Positions 1 through 14,574 are shown, counted from the stretch's first letter. The stretch: DNA of 64,000 bases from Octopus vulgaris (GCA_951406725.2 OX597823.1:107260001-107324000); one strand, 5' to 3'. A program made the numbers and translations. The notes: generated from the sequence alone by a model not told the origin.

Positions 1-915
1 CAGGACGAAAGAAACACTCTCCCCCAAAAAAAACAACAAACAAACAAAGAAAAACAAAACCCCCAAAAAACCACCACCACAAAAACAACACCGAACAAGA
101 AAAGGACCGAAAGCCAAAAAACAAACCCTGCCCAAACACTGATTTAACCCACCAACCCCACCCCCCCCCACACATCCACAAGAACCCCCCTCCCCCACCA
201 CCACAAACACACACAAAAAAAAAACCCCCAAGAAAAACACACACACAACCACTCCCGAAAGACCAAGGAGGACAAGAAACAGACACCCACAAAAGACCAG
301 GAAAAGAAAAAAAACACAAAAAAGACCACCACACCCGCCCCGGGAGGGAAAAAAAAAAAGAAAGAAACGGACCCACACAGAACACGCAAACTCCCAAAAA
401 AAAGAAAAGAAAACACAAAACACAACGCTTGAAAAAGATAAAAATGGAAAGAGGCCAAAGGACCCGGTCCTGCACGGAGAACACACAACAACAGGAAATT
501 CCCGGAGGAAATACCAAAACCACCACAAACAACAACAACCGCCCACACAAACACACACTCGATAACAAACAAAAAAAAAACACAATAAAAAAAAAACACA
601 AAGAAAGACAAGAAGAGAAAGAGAAAAAAAAAAAACAGACACCACCATCACCACACACACCCACACCCACCATCAACCCCTACGAACACCACACCACACA
701 ACACAAAGAGAAAAAAAGGAAAAAGAAAACCACAACACACACAGCCGAAAAGAAACAAAGTTTCAGAGCGCACAAAAGAAAAAGAAAAGACACTGAAGAC
801 ACCCCCATATATATATATACCCCACCCCCCAAGACAACCCACCCCCCAAATAACAAAAGAACAGACACCAAAAACAGAAGACCCCCCTCCAGGCAAAAAA
901 AAAAAAAAAAAAAAG
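1..915. other. A/C-rich, T-poor low-complexity stretch, probably low-quality sequence
   Basis: Strong strand skew with irregular A and C runs and no periodicity, ending abruptly at a (TA)n array; unlike the rest of the window. Confidence 0.55.
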
Positions 916-916
916 A

Positions 917-1189
<273 letters not shown>

Positions 1190-1398
1190 TGTAGTTTCAG
1201 TTCAGAGCTCAGAGCTGTGACCATGCTGATGCACCGCCGTTTTGCTACACTGTTATTACTGAGAGCCTCCTCCAATATGTGGAACTTGGTGAAGAATGGG
1301 GTTTGATGTAGCTACCCTCATTTGCACCTTTTGCCGTGAGGTAGGTTCATCTGGTACTCTCGACAGGAAGCGATCCAGCCTTGCTTTAAAAATGCCTG
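1190..1398 (-). mobile_element. 3' end of a CR1-group LINE (ORF2 C-terminus plus 3' UTR)
   Basis: Minus strand reads GIFKARLDRFLSRVPDEP...SNPILHQ*, the FK..LD.FL..VPDEP motif of CR1-like ORF2 ends, followed by a short UTR. Confidence 0.8.
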
Positions 1399-1769
1399 CG
1401 TGCACACATACATAGACACATACATACATAATACATGTATGTATATATGCATGTGTGTGGGTGCGCGCCAGCGCGTGTGTGTATCTACGTATGCATATAT
1501 GTAAATGTATGTCTATCAAATGTATGTCGATTATTATATACGCATATTATGGATATAGTAATTAAACAGAGAAACAAAAGAAATGTGTTTCATCTACAAA
1601 GACTGAAAGTATGTGATTATTATAGTCATTTTGGCAAAGAGTTCATGAATGTAACATTTTTTTACTATCAATACCATTGCGTGGTACGTAAGGCAGGTAT
1701 TCGATAGCCTAACCTAAAACTTGTGAGTGGTATTTGGTAGGCAGAATCTATAAGTCCGTCGTGTGTGCT

Positions 1770-1862
<93 letters not shown>

Positions 1863-2015
1863 CGTGTTTTTGGAGGTAACTCAACCTGACACTTATTGTA
1901 TTTACCTATTATATTTCGACATTAGATGCAATTTTAACTGAACTCGCTATCTCTCTCACTCTCTTTCTCTCTCTCCCGCTCTCTCTGTATGTGTATACTA
2001 TGTATTTATTTGATG

Positions 2016-2020
<5 letters not shown>

Positions 2021-2098
<78 letters not shown>

Positions 2099-2099
2099 C

Positions 2100-2135
<36 letters not shown>

Positions 2136-2136
2136 G

Positions 2137-2179
<43 letters not shown>

Positions 2180-2203
2180 ATATATATATATATACAATAT
2201 ACA

Positions 2204-2292
<89 letters not shown>
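2021..2292. repeat. Compound (TA)n/(GATA)n microsatellite
   Basis: Direct reading. Confidence 0.97.
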
Positions 2293-2699
2293 CATATGTA
2301 ATGAATTACACTTGAAATGATTGTTTCTTACTATCTACAGTGAAACTGAATATACATTACATACCCTTTAAACTATTTAATACCTACTAATATATTTATA
2401 AATGCAGTGACGAGTAAATTTCAGAGATATTTCACTTAGTAATGTAAAGTTCAGTAAGCACACATTTATATATACATACATAAAACTGAAAGACAGACAA
2501 ACAGCCAGACAAACCGACATTCGTATAGCTATACACACATATATGTGCATATATATGTGTGTACATATATATGATTAAGCACTCACGTTGATGTTGGTGC
2601 GACAAATCGAGGTGAAAAAAAACAGCACTCTGATACAAAAGGTAGCGTAATATAACATTTTATTGAAGGTGAAAAGGCTTCCCAAACTGTTACTCAGAG

Positions 2700-3330
2700 T
2701 TTTATACTGCCTCAGTACTCTACAAGATAGGAGTCTCTTTCAAAAGGACGGCTCCCTCAGGAGGAAACCCAATGAAGCTAAGTGAAATACTGAACGTGCA
2801 TTTCAAGAGTGTTTTCACTACACCTATAGGACACAGGTAAGTGAACAAATCAGCCAAGTTCTTTGCCACTACACCTGTAACCAACGAAGCTATAATAATT
2901 GATTATATTGACATTGAAGGCGTTGCAATACTGGCCGTAGATAAGATAGATAAAAACTCAGCTGCTGGCCCTGATGGATTCTCAGCAGTCCCTCTCATAT
3001 CATGCAAATAAGCCCTTGCTAAAACACTGTAGCTTCTTTTTCAAAGCTTCATTGAATTTAGTAGGCTCCCAGGTTACTCCAAGGAGGGTTTAATATGCCC
3101 TTTCTATAAAGAAGAAGCAGAACAGATGCTAAAAACTATAGGCCTATCTCTCAAACATCACACCTCATCAAAGTCATGGAACGAACATTCCGCAGGAAAC
3201 TAACTGCGTTTTTTGAAGAGAATGGCTTGCTCTCTGATACCCTTTGTTACAGCCTCAGGGTGGTGCTTGTACCAGTTGTCAGAAGTTTTAATTTTATAAT
3301 GCCGACACATTATCCAATGTAGATTTTGGC
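2700..3330 (+). mobile_element. Decayed CR1-group LINE reverse transcriptase fragment
   Basis: Broken frames give SAAGPDGF...LICPFYK...DAKNYRPISQTSHLIKVMER...FFEENGLLSD, the RT N-terminal motifs GPDG and NYRPIS. Confidence 0.85.
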
Positions 3331-3402
3331 CAACTCTGACATGGTTTGATTTGTACTCTACAGGTGCTAAAACCTTACGCCCAGAGATTAGGTGATCCAC
3401 TC

Positions 3403-3457
<55 letters not shown>

Positions 3458-3493
3458 GTTATTATTGTTGTTATTGTTATTATTATTATTATT

Positions 3494-4146
3494 CAGTAGT
3501 TTTATTTTTATAGCGTGCTTTACTTCACTACCGAGCGCAGCTCTGTGTGCCTTGGGTATGTGCTGTGATTTGTTGTGATGCTCTGATGGTTATTGTATGG
3601 AAAGTGTTCTGCGTAGGATGTGTGCAGTACCTAGTAGTGCAATTTTCTGTATGTTATATGTGTTTGTAAGTCCTGGTGTTTTTGTTATGTATTTGTCTGA
3701 ATATTTTTTTATCATGCCTAATGCACCTACTATGATAGGAATTGTTTCTGTTTTCAGGTTCCACATTCTAGTTACCTCTATTTCCAGGTCTTTGTATTTT
3801 GAGAGTTTCTCCATTTCTTTTAGAGACACGTTGTCATCTGCCGGTATTGATACATCAATTAGAAAGCATTTTTTTCCTTCATGATCTCTGACAACTATAT
3901 CTGGTCTGTTGGCCTTAATTTCTCTATCTGTGTGTATCGGCATATCCCAGAGTATGGTTGCTTTCTCGTTTTCTGTGACCTTTTCTGGTGTGTGCCTATA
4001 CCATCTTTTTTCTGTTGTTATTCCATAATGTTGGCATAGCTTCCAATGTATGTAGGTTCCAACTCTGTCATGTCTGTGAATATATTCCTTCTTAGCCAGG
4101 ACTGGGCAGCTAGAGATAATATGATTTATTGTTTCTTGTCCATCTC
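3494..4146 (-). mobile_element. 5'-truncated R4/Dong-clade non-LTR retrotransposon inserted in (TAA)n
   Basis: Open frame 4146-3590: ETINHIISSC (end of CCHC knuckle), RHD, RPDIVV, IDVSIP, EKLSKYKDL, PIIVGALG, forming a restriction-like endonuclease; ~95-nt 3' UTR; TTA arrays on both sides. Confidence 0.92.
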
Positions 4147-4229
<83 letters not shown>

Positions 4230-4257
4230 ATCATTATTTTCATTATTATTATTATTA

Positions 4258-4319
<62 letters not shown>

Positions 4320-4332
4320 GTTATTATTATCA
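4147..4332. repeat. (TTA)n microsatellite
   Basis: Direct reading; the matching array is at 3405-3493. Confidence 0.97.
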
Positions 4333-4680
4333 TGTGAGAGAGCATCGCAATGTCATCAATGTGGCACAGGGGTACTAATGCATGAAGCCCAGTATACCCA
4401 TCATGACTACCCATCTGATAAGGATATACCAGGCGCATGCATCACAACCATGTGTGCGCGACATTGTGATCTTATATCAAGATAAACAGCGCTTGACCTT
4501 GAAGGTGGGGTCCAGTTAAAATTTTCTAACTGCTGAAAGGGTCTCTAAATAAGAGTTATTTAAGAATGACGAAGAAAACACCTATATTTTCAGTGGTGAA
4601 TTGTTCAAATCTCAAAGGATTCCCCTCAAAACATGGTTCTTATGTTCCCCCAAACCCCTGCTCCTGATCAGAGATGCACA
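4333..4680 (-). mobile_element. Non-coding TAA-targeted retroposon, copy 1 (diverged)
   Basis: Clear homology to 56809-57233 and 57258-57800; shared left end next to (TTA)n. Confidence 0.85.
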
Positions 4681-4729
4681 TAATTATTATTATTAATCAT
4701 CTTCTTTTTCTGTGTTGTTGATATTTTTG

Positions 4730-5095
4730 GTTAGTTCCAGGTCAACTCTCATCACATCTTTAATCGAAGATATTCCATCAGTGACCATCACGTCTTTCTA
4801 GGAACACATCATACACTTGTGTTATTTGTTGTTTAAGTGAGTTCTTATTTGATGGGGATTTTTTCTGCTATTTCTTGCAGAGAAGGCAACCAGGCTAAGG
4901 TTCTTTCGTTGGCTCATCGCTTTAGGTGTCTGTAGTTATTTATTGAACAACAGTTCGACCTTTTTTTTTGTGTATAAGGAAATGCAAAACACATTACTCG
5001 GTATGTCTCTTACTAAAACTATTGTAATTTAATGGAAATTTGGCTGCTATTTTTAGCAGGTCGAGCGACCAAATTGGATCTACCCTCTAGGTTCA
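4730..5095 (+). repeat. Old interspersed repeat family carrying the motif tttggctgctatttytagcagg
   Basis: Similar segments at ~25470-25740, ~30010-30150 and, inverted, ~36150-36350. Confidence 0.6.
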
Positions 5096-6139
5096 TTGTT
5101 TACCTTGTTGTAGACGTTGATATTCCTTTCATTGTTGCTCTTCTTGCAACGAGTATTTCTTTAATGTGCTGATGTTGTTGTTGCTGCTGCTGCTGTTGTT
5201 GTTGTCGTCGTCGTCGTCGTCGTCGCATTTGCGTTGTTAAATCGTTAACGTCGTTTTCATTGATGTAAATTGCTATCATAAAATTGTTGCTGTTATTATT
5301 GTGGCTATCAGCCGAGTTGTCACTATTGTCGTCGCCGTTGTTGTTGATGTTGATCTTGCTGTTGTCTAATCTCCACACTCTAGCGATTCTCTCGGACAAT
5401 TTCCGAGATAATGGCCTGACCAAACTGTCAAAGCAGACATTACGTTGTCAAACAGTAGCTTATTTCGGGATGCCGCTCTCTTTTGCCGTCAATTGTTCCA
5501 GTCAATAGCAACATCTGTTTTTAACATCTATCTCGCACTCATATTTCCAGGTTTTATGGCGCCAAAAGTCAATTATTCTGCTTCTAACATTCCGCTGGGA
5601 GATTTATGAAATTATACAAGAAATTAACATCCTTCACTAACAAGAGAGCCAACATTTTGATGGACAAACGATAAGAGCAAGAAAATTGTCGGCCAAAAGT
5701 ACGTTTTGAAGGTGTGTTTCCGGTTTATTTGCGATTTTCACAAATATGTAGTCTACATTACAGAGAAATTTTACGGTAATATTTGATATGCAACTTGTTT
5801 CTTTCGGTCGGCTTCATTGTTTTCTTTTGTCTCTTAAATTCTTTTATGCTAATATACGTTCTATTGGTGGAAATAGCATTGACCTTATCACCGCGATATG
5901 GCTTCTATCTCTTTATATATTAATGTTTATGTGGTATTTTTCATGGTTGTTTGTATTTTGTGGTTCACAGCAGCAGAGTCGATATAGTATCAGTTGTTTA
6001 TTCCGAGGACATATAGCTACTGTTAACTACTCCCTTTCTGTGATTTTTTCTGTTCTCTCGAGAATAACAAATGTCCAAAACGTTAGATATTTCCTCCTCA
6101 CAACAAATCAAATAAGTGTAATATATTTTTTTACAAACT

Positions 6140-6660
6140 TTTATTGTTAACTTTTGTGAAGAGTGACGATGACCCCAAGCTTCTTAACATTCTGGAATTT
6201 ACTTTGCAATTTTCTGCCTCCGTAGCAGCTTCTATTAGCATACATAGATCATATCTCTGTTATGGAATTTCCGGATTTCCTTAGATGAATTCCAAAACCT
6301 AAGATATTGAACCGAATATGTTAGCTAATAATCACTCGGGTGAACCACAACAAATCTAATCAACTGTGTGAAAACAACATAGTTATCATTCCAAAACATG
6401 TATTGCACAGGACACCCCAACTTATGTTATACGTCAAGTTAAAGAATTGATAGCTTATGCCTTATTCACCTATGATCTTTGTAGTTTTGCTAAAGACACT
6501 TTTCAGTGGTCCATTTACCACAGTTTCATGTAGGTGAGTTCGCCTCAGTAAACGTTGAGTGATATGCGGAATAGTTCGTTAGCTTATAATGTTGAGTTGA
6601 AATAATTGCAGAACCAATCCTTGCAATAAACTTTTGCTTCTACTGAAGGAGTGGAGTGTC
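6140..6660 (-). mobile_element. Highly decayed LINE RT remnant
   Basis: Scattered motif echoes (NVKKLGVIVT like KDLGV; ISWGV like SGVPQG); no open frame. Confidence 0.35.
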
Positions 6661-7470
6661 TCTAAAATATTTATTAACGTTAAAACACTGACACGCTTAA
6701 TACACAATCATTGTAAAGAGAAATACTTTGGTATATATATAAAAGAACGTGACTGCACTTGATTTAAAATGTAATTTATTTCAAAGCAAAATATTAATCC
6801 AACCTATACCTCTTTTCGTATATTAAGATCTAAGTTAGGTTAGCTTTACTGAAGATTTTAATGTAAGATCTGTTTTAATGCAAGGCCTGATCAAGCAGAC
6901 CAGTAACATCCGTTTACACGGAGGTTGTGTTTATTCTCCAGGCATAATATATCCAGGATTATGATATATACAATTTTTTTTTTAATTCGATAAGATTTGA
7001 AGGAGAATAAACATAATTCTGTGTAGTTAAGAACCAAGAGAATTCAGAATTTCTTCACTTTGCATTGTTGTTTCTTGCAAATTGTTTGGCACCTACCTGT
7101 GCCTAAAGTTCAAATCTTCAACAGAGTCACATGCACAAGCAAAAAATGGCCGTACACAATAACACACATTTTCCCAAATGCGTGATTTAACTTTTTATGC
7201 AATACTTGAAATGTTTCCTTGTGTGATACTCTTGGTACCTATTAATCAGCATAAAACCTGTTTCCATATCGATGCATTCTGTTCTTCAACAGATTAGTGT
7301 CAAAGCTTAAACCCTTTATTCTTTCTCGTACAGTGATAAAAGTGGTACGAGCGGATTCAAAAACTCTTATAATCAGCTTTGGTGGCAGCACTCCAGTGGC
7401 CTTCTTATACCATATTTATAACATATATTCAAGTCTTTCGCGTGTGTGTGTATCTGTGTGTGTTTGTGCG

Positions 7471-7655
<185 letters not shown>

Positions 7656-8689
7656 GACTGTATTTATGTTTATATGTATTTATATATATATGAGTGTTAT
7701 ACATATATACATGTGGATATAAATTACGATCATAACATTGAAATGTATATATTTGTCTAGTTTATCGTTGTATTCACTAGCTATCTGGATATGGTATTGC
7801 TAACTTCATAAAGTAAACATGACAATAAAAAGATTTGTTTTTCATTGCTGAAACTAGTAACTCATACCTTAAGAGAAAAGTCTCTATCCAAAACAAAACG
7901 TACTTATTGGTATGATGTCGCCCACAAACGCACTTCAAATTTTGGTTTCCTTTCCCTGCTAATTCTGCAACTATAGCTGCCTCCTTGCACCTCGGCTAAC
8001 TTCGTGCCACTACTACTCTGACAATCCAGATTCACTCTTTTCTCTTCTCCTGTCGTTAAGTGCATTTTCCTCACCCACTGAGGCCATTCGCTAAAAACAA
8101 TACCCAACTATTCCACCAGAAATCGTAGGATGGGAGGATTTTTCTCCTGTCCTTGTTTTTCTTGCAAAACTAAAGACGTGCAAGTGTCTAAGAGGAACAT
8201 TTAAAGCATCAAGGGTTCCAGAGAGTCTGCTAATGCCATAAATACAGCCTCTCCTTCTCGCTTCCTCTTCCTCCTCTTCCTTCTCCAGAAATATCTAAAT
8301 AATATACATATATTTAAACTTTGTATATCCATCAACTAAAGAAATACCGAAGCTCAAACCCATCCATCTTGTTACTTTCGCGTGACACACAGTCACGACT
8401 AGGACACTCTTGGTGCTGAGACTAAACGATAATGACAACAATTAATGTTACAATCTTCACTTTGACAACAATTGGAGCGGAACATGTAATTGTTTAGAGG
8501 AAGACGACATACTGAACGGTGAATGTATTTATGTAATCTAAAGTTGGCGTCAAACAAAATTTTTATAAGTAGCCGACTAAGACTGTGAGTGAATTTAGGT
8601 TGAGAAAAACTGTGCTGAATCTTATCACATATACTGGCACGGATACATGCACACAGTTACATACAGGCACACACACATATATATATATG

Positions 8690-9060
8690 GAGCATGATTA
8701 GTATAGATGCAGGAAGGCCATAAGTCTAAATGACTGCTTAGTAACTGTTTTAGATTAAGCCTGCAGATAAGAGTTTGGAGAGATCGGAGTGAGTTTGTGA
8801 GGGTCTACACTTCAGTTAATACAATAGATGCAGATTTGGAAGTCTGTGAAGTAGCATTAGTACCATTCCAGATGTAAGGGCATCCGCATCCCAAATATAG
8901 GGGCAATATTTCATTGTGGGTCCCACTTGCGCTATATTTATTACAAGACCTAAAGATTCGCAAAGTCGTTTTAATATAACATCATCCTTGAATACGGTTA
9001 CATGTTGAAAGAGATATGGATATATAATTCCTTATTAATATTGTTAAATCGCTGAATTCA
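8690..9060 (-). mobile_element. Decayed CR1/Jockey-like RT C-terminal remnant
   Basis: Minus strand AQVGPTMKYCPYIWD resembles AQVRP.MEYCS.IW. Confidence 0.55.
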
Positions 9061-12000
9061 CATGAGTCTAGAGTACAATCACAACACTTCTCCCTTGTAG
9101 CTATCACTGTTGTGGAAGTTAGTTATTTGTTTAACGTTCCGAAATTTCTAGTTTTGTGTCTCAGATTATTTCAAAGTCAACATAAAAGAAAACAATGAGA
9201 AGCAGTCGTAACCATAAAAATATGTCAGGTTTAGAGCTTGGAACTACAAAGTTATTGTTACCTGAAATTTAATGAAAAGAACAAACAAAATTACTTTTTA
9301 GTGAAATATGAGATATTAAAATTAAAAGGAAAATACATGAATAATACTTAGGGAGATATGACTCCCAAAGAATACTAAGAGAGACGTCTATCTAGAGCCC
9401 AAGTGAATATTTGGAGAGAGCCTAACTACCTAATTAGCAAAATCGATAGACAAGCCTCCAAGCCATAGTGATGAATACAAGAATTATGCACATTTTCAGA
9501 AGCTGCCAAAGTCTGTCAGCACAGTAATGTTAACCGAGATAATAGATTTGCTATATAATTGCTATTCATTTCTTTCTCTCTTCCCCGCATCTCTCTCTCT
9601 CTCTCTCTCTCTCTTAAAAAATGCACTCACATAATTAGAAAGAAAATATATCGGTTTTTCATTCCAATAAGAATTTTTACAATTAAGAATGCCATAAGAA
9701 CATTTCTGACCAACCGATAGAAATTTCACTGCCACAGCTCCATAATTCTGAGACCTTATGCTTATTTTGTACATTATATTCAAAATTATCACCACATTGA
9801 ACTTTGCATGTTTTCAAGACGTAATAAAAAGTTTCACATACATGTTCAGCTTAGGTTTAACAGTGGAACTTTGAGCTTGACTTTACAGACATTCTCTATT
9901 TCCGTATTGTCAGATTGTAAAAGTAATATCTATATAAGTCTAGTGTCCAAGAAAACCTTCACCTTAACTATTCACTGAAACAGAAATACAAACTAAACTT
10001 CAAATCTACTGAGAAAAATATTTTTTAACATCTATAACTTAAGAAAACATAGGAAAGAAACTCATCTAACTACAATAATTCCATACATTTAAAGGTTAAA
10101 GATTTCGTTAATATTGCCTTGTACGCACCTTGAGACACACATACATAAACACTTTCAAGCATAACTGCAAATCATGTTTTCCTATAAAAAAAATGTTAAA
10201 CGTAAAACTATTATTATTGTTTGACTCTTACTGTTGTCACCTGATAATTACAATCTTTACTATTATTATCAACAGAAAACTAGAAACATTACCCTCAGAA
10301 AATCCTCAAGATTTAATTCATTTTCACAGGTTATCGATGAAAATAACTGCATCATATTCAGCTGGTGCTGACAGAGATTAAATGTTATTAAAGAAATGCT
10401 TTGTATTAAAACTATACTACATACCGCTGGAGAAAATTGTAGAGGTAATAAAAGCAATAATGAAATTCAATCTTTCTTTTGAAAGGTTTTCGAGTGTAAC
10501 AACCGACAGAGTTACTACCATATACGGGTTTAACATAGGCTTTCTTTGTAAAACCTAAATTAACTTCTTTAATCCCAGCAGATCGTACATTTGCAACATT
10601 TCATTGCATAATTCACATATGACGTGCAGAATCGGTTAAAATTTTAAAATGTTATGTGTAATTTCCATCAACGAGCCTATAAAAGCCTGAAAACTTGATC
10701 CTCACGAAAGTTAAACATTTTTTTAGAATAGATTGAAACTGTGTTTGGATGTCTGATGTGTAAAAGGAAAATGGTTTTAATTTTTTGCAGGTTCCTAGAA
10801 GAAATATGTAACGTCTAAGATATGAAAGATAAATCTGTATTTTAGCTGATGAATAATCGTCCGATTAGTAATTTTTAGCTTCTCAGTGTTATTACTACCC
10901 ATTTAATATAACTTAATTAAAATTTCTAAAGTAATAATCAGTTAACTTAAGAAGATTATATAAATGTCAAAGATTGTGGAACCAAAGTCTAAGTTTGGGA
11001 AAATCAACATAGATTCAGTGCTACTTTCAATATACACATCAACCGTTAAAAATTTTAAATTAGTTCAAATATGTTCATGACACATTCTAACTTCTAAAGA
11101 CAAAATCACTGCAATTTTGCTGTGGACAAAAACATTTCGCTTAAGGTAAAAGGTCTGAAAACAGCCTGTCTGCTGTGTTGCTCGAAATCGGACTCCTGAA
11201 CGCTGGCTCCTTAGCCTCCCTTAGTAGGAGATTCCGAAGATAGATTATCCTGGACAGATAGAAGCCATAGCTCCATAATAAATCAATTAATATCAGAGAC
11301 TGACTTGCGCTCGCAGATCGGCCGGTTAGAACAGATATATTAATAGTAGCGGTCGCGCTAAGTAGTGTTGAGAGGCAAACAAACTTTGGGTTAGTTCAAA
11401 TATGATTGTGATTTCTAAAGGCAAAAATCACTGCAATTTTATGGTGGAGAAAAAATTCTCGTTCCTGGTAAACAGTATGAAAACATCTTATCTAACTTAG
11501 TAAGGAAATAGGTCAAGACTTAGTGACTTCAACGCTAAAATAAGTATAGTAATCGTTTAAGAAAGCTATTTAAAGCTTGTGTTGGCAACGTAACACAGCA
11601 TGAACTGCAAATGATGATACTCAGAGTTCAGACTAATCAACTTTCACTGCATGAATTTGAAAGTGAATCTTTATTGCAATTTTATGCCACTCTTCCAGAA
11701 GCTCCCCCGCCCTACAAATTCATAAGTTACTAAACGGTATGCTTCGCTAAATAAACCTTACTTTTGATACTACCTAGAAGTTTGAGCCTTTTTTTTTTTC
11801 TCGAATGAAGTCACTTAGGTTAACATGATCAAGTTTGATAGTCATCTTGGAGATAATTTGTCAGTGGACAGATATTTCAGGAGGAAGACGCTTCAGAACA
11901 GATCTCGTACCACCAAGTTTGTTACCAAAGGTACGCAGCCAATTCAGTCTTATATTTTATCATGTGACTTTTAACATTTTATTTTATTCTTTCAACGCTT

Positions 12001-12249
12001 TCAGTCATTCGTTTACAACTATACTGAAACATCTATTCAAAGGTTTTTGCAATCACCTTACGTGTTCTCTCTCTCACTTTCTCTTTCTCTCTCCCACTCT
12101 CACTTCCTCTTTCTTTCTCTCTACCTTCTCCTTCTCTCTCCCTCCCTCCTCTCTCTCTCTCTATCTCTCTCTCTCTCTCTCTCTCTGTAGAATATCAAGT
12201 TTCGGTTGTAATTAACTATACCATATGATGTCATATCCCACTGTAACTA

Positions 12250-12392
12250 GAGGTCGACTTTGCCTTTCATCCTTTCGGGGTCGATAAATTAAGTGCCAGT
12301 AACGCACTGGGGTCGATGTAATCGATTTAATCCCTTTGTCTGTCCTTCTTTGTCCCCTCTATGTTTAGCCCCTTGTGGGCAATAAAGAAATA
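12250..12392 (+). mobile_element. SINE body and tail with Meta-domain-like core
   Basis: gtcgactttgcctttcatcctttcggggtcgataaa..agtrccag core; related copies at ~35300-35430(-), ~54390-54590(+), ~56600-56760(+), ~58500-58580(-). Confidence 0.75.
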
Positions 12393-12534
12393 TATTCCAC
12401 TATAACTATGGCATTATGACAAGATTGGTACTAACATATATTCACAAATGACATGCATCCCTATGTACATACGTATATTTATGTGTGTGTGGGGGGGGGT
12501 GCATGCATGTATGTATATGTGTGTATATATATAA

Positions 12535-12569
<35 letters not shown>

Positions 12570-12761
12570 TGCATAAAGAGAGAGATAATGATGCAAATAA
12601 ACAAATAAAACCGCTTGAGTTAGATTATACAAAATACACATACATATATACATGTAAATAGAATTCAAATCATTTGAGCGCTACTGTTTTCTATATTGGG
12701 CATCTCTGGATCTCATCAGCTGACTCTATCTCTCTCTCTCCCCTCCATCCTCTCTCTCTTT

Positions 12762-12832
<71 letters not shown>

Positions 12833-13146
12833 CGAAGACTTCCGAATTTCTAGTGTGGTACTCGGGTGCACATTTAGCGTAAGTCGTTGGGTTGGACTCT
12901 ATGCTGTGGAAGAGGCCCCTAACTCAGGACCTGGGGTACTTTAATACAAAAGCCACAAGTATGTCGTTCAATGAGTTCGTGGCAAACATCTGCACCAAGT
13001 TTCTGATATCAACATTTCCAGAAAGTGTGGCTGCTCCTACTCACGCTTCCATCAACGAAATCAAAGCATCCACTCGGGTAAACTAAAGGCAATTGGCAAT
13101 TAGATCCTCACTCGGCTTCGACGTGTGGGGATCCAACAGAATTCAA

Positions 13147-13610
<464 letters not shown>

Positions 13611-13920
13611 CATATATGTGAATATATACATATTATATATATACAACACACACATGTATGTATTCATACATATATAATCTTGTTAAATTGACTGTAATAA
13701 ACTCGCATCATATTTCAGATGTTTTCCATTTTTTTTTCTTTCTCATTCACTTATTAACTCAGTACTATCGAGAATGAAACAGTTCGGTTAATTAAAATAT
13801 TGACTTTTAAGTTGTTGCCAATCATGTGTTATCGATATCGTCGCTAACCTAAAGAATCTGTTGCTGCTGCTGCTGATGATGATGATGATGGCGACGGTGG
13901 CACTGGTGCTGGTGGTAGTC

Positions 13921-14025
13921 GTCGTCGTCGTAGTATCCGACGTCGTCGTAGTATCCGACGTCGTCGTAGTATCCGACGTCGTCGTAGTATCCGACGTCGT
14001 CGTAGTATCCGACGTCGTCGTCGTC
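13921..14025. repeat. 18-bp minisatellite (gtcgtcgtagtatccgac) x5
   Basis: Five exact tandem units within a (GTC)n-like tract. Confidence 0.95.
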
Positions 14026-14190
14026 ACCGTGATGCCGTGCAAAATGAAAATGAAATAACGTTATGTTCGTGATGGGTGGTGATACTGGTGAGGTGGAGAT
14101 TGTGGATTTGCCTTCAGTGCTACTTAGGGTTATAATCTCAGTAAAAATTAATCCATGGTTGTTGCTGGTGCTCTTATCTATTTTTAGTTA

Positions 14191-14574
14191 TCTCTCTCTA
14201 TATAAACGGCAGTTTGTCTGTGCGTGTTTCTGTGTGTCTGTTTGCTTGTACCCTCACCCTGACCACGGCTTTCAACCGATTCTGATGAAACTTGACACAC
14301 ACATAGCCCAATGTCATAATTCAAAACTAACGCAGCGAAAATTTTGAAAAGTTCCCCCAGTTCTGAAAAAAATCGATAAATTCGACATGGGGGTCGAGAA
14401 TCAGAAACACAAACCGCAAACTGTCTAGGGGACGCAACTCCACCTTTTTTTACTCTCAAAAAAATTTACCATCATTTTTTTCCATTTTTTAAATATTTTT
14501 TGGCTATAACTCTCTAAAAATGCTTTATAGTTATTTCCCTTACAAACCTGAGCAACGCCGGGCGATACTGCTAG
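14191..14574 (+). mobile_element. Non-autonomous Helitron
   Basis: Begins A|TC(tctctctatataaa), ends with subterminal hairpin cctgagcaacgccggg then CTAG|T; AT target, no TSD; internal tgtc/tgtg repeats. Confidence 0.85.

Noticed and set aside
3590-4438. 282-aa ORF as a single gene
   Set aside because: Chimeric read-through of a non-coding element, (ATA)n poly-Ile and a truncated Dong endonuclease
14281-14292. ctgatgaaac as a hammerhead core
   Set aside because: No stem II between CUGAUGA and GAAA; it is internal Helitron sequence. ctgatga at 18801, 20793 and 45906 also lack the required stems
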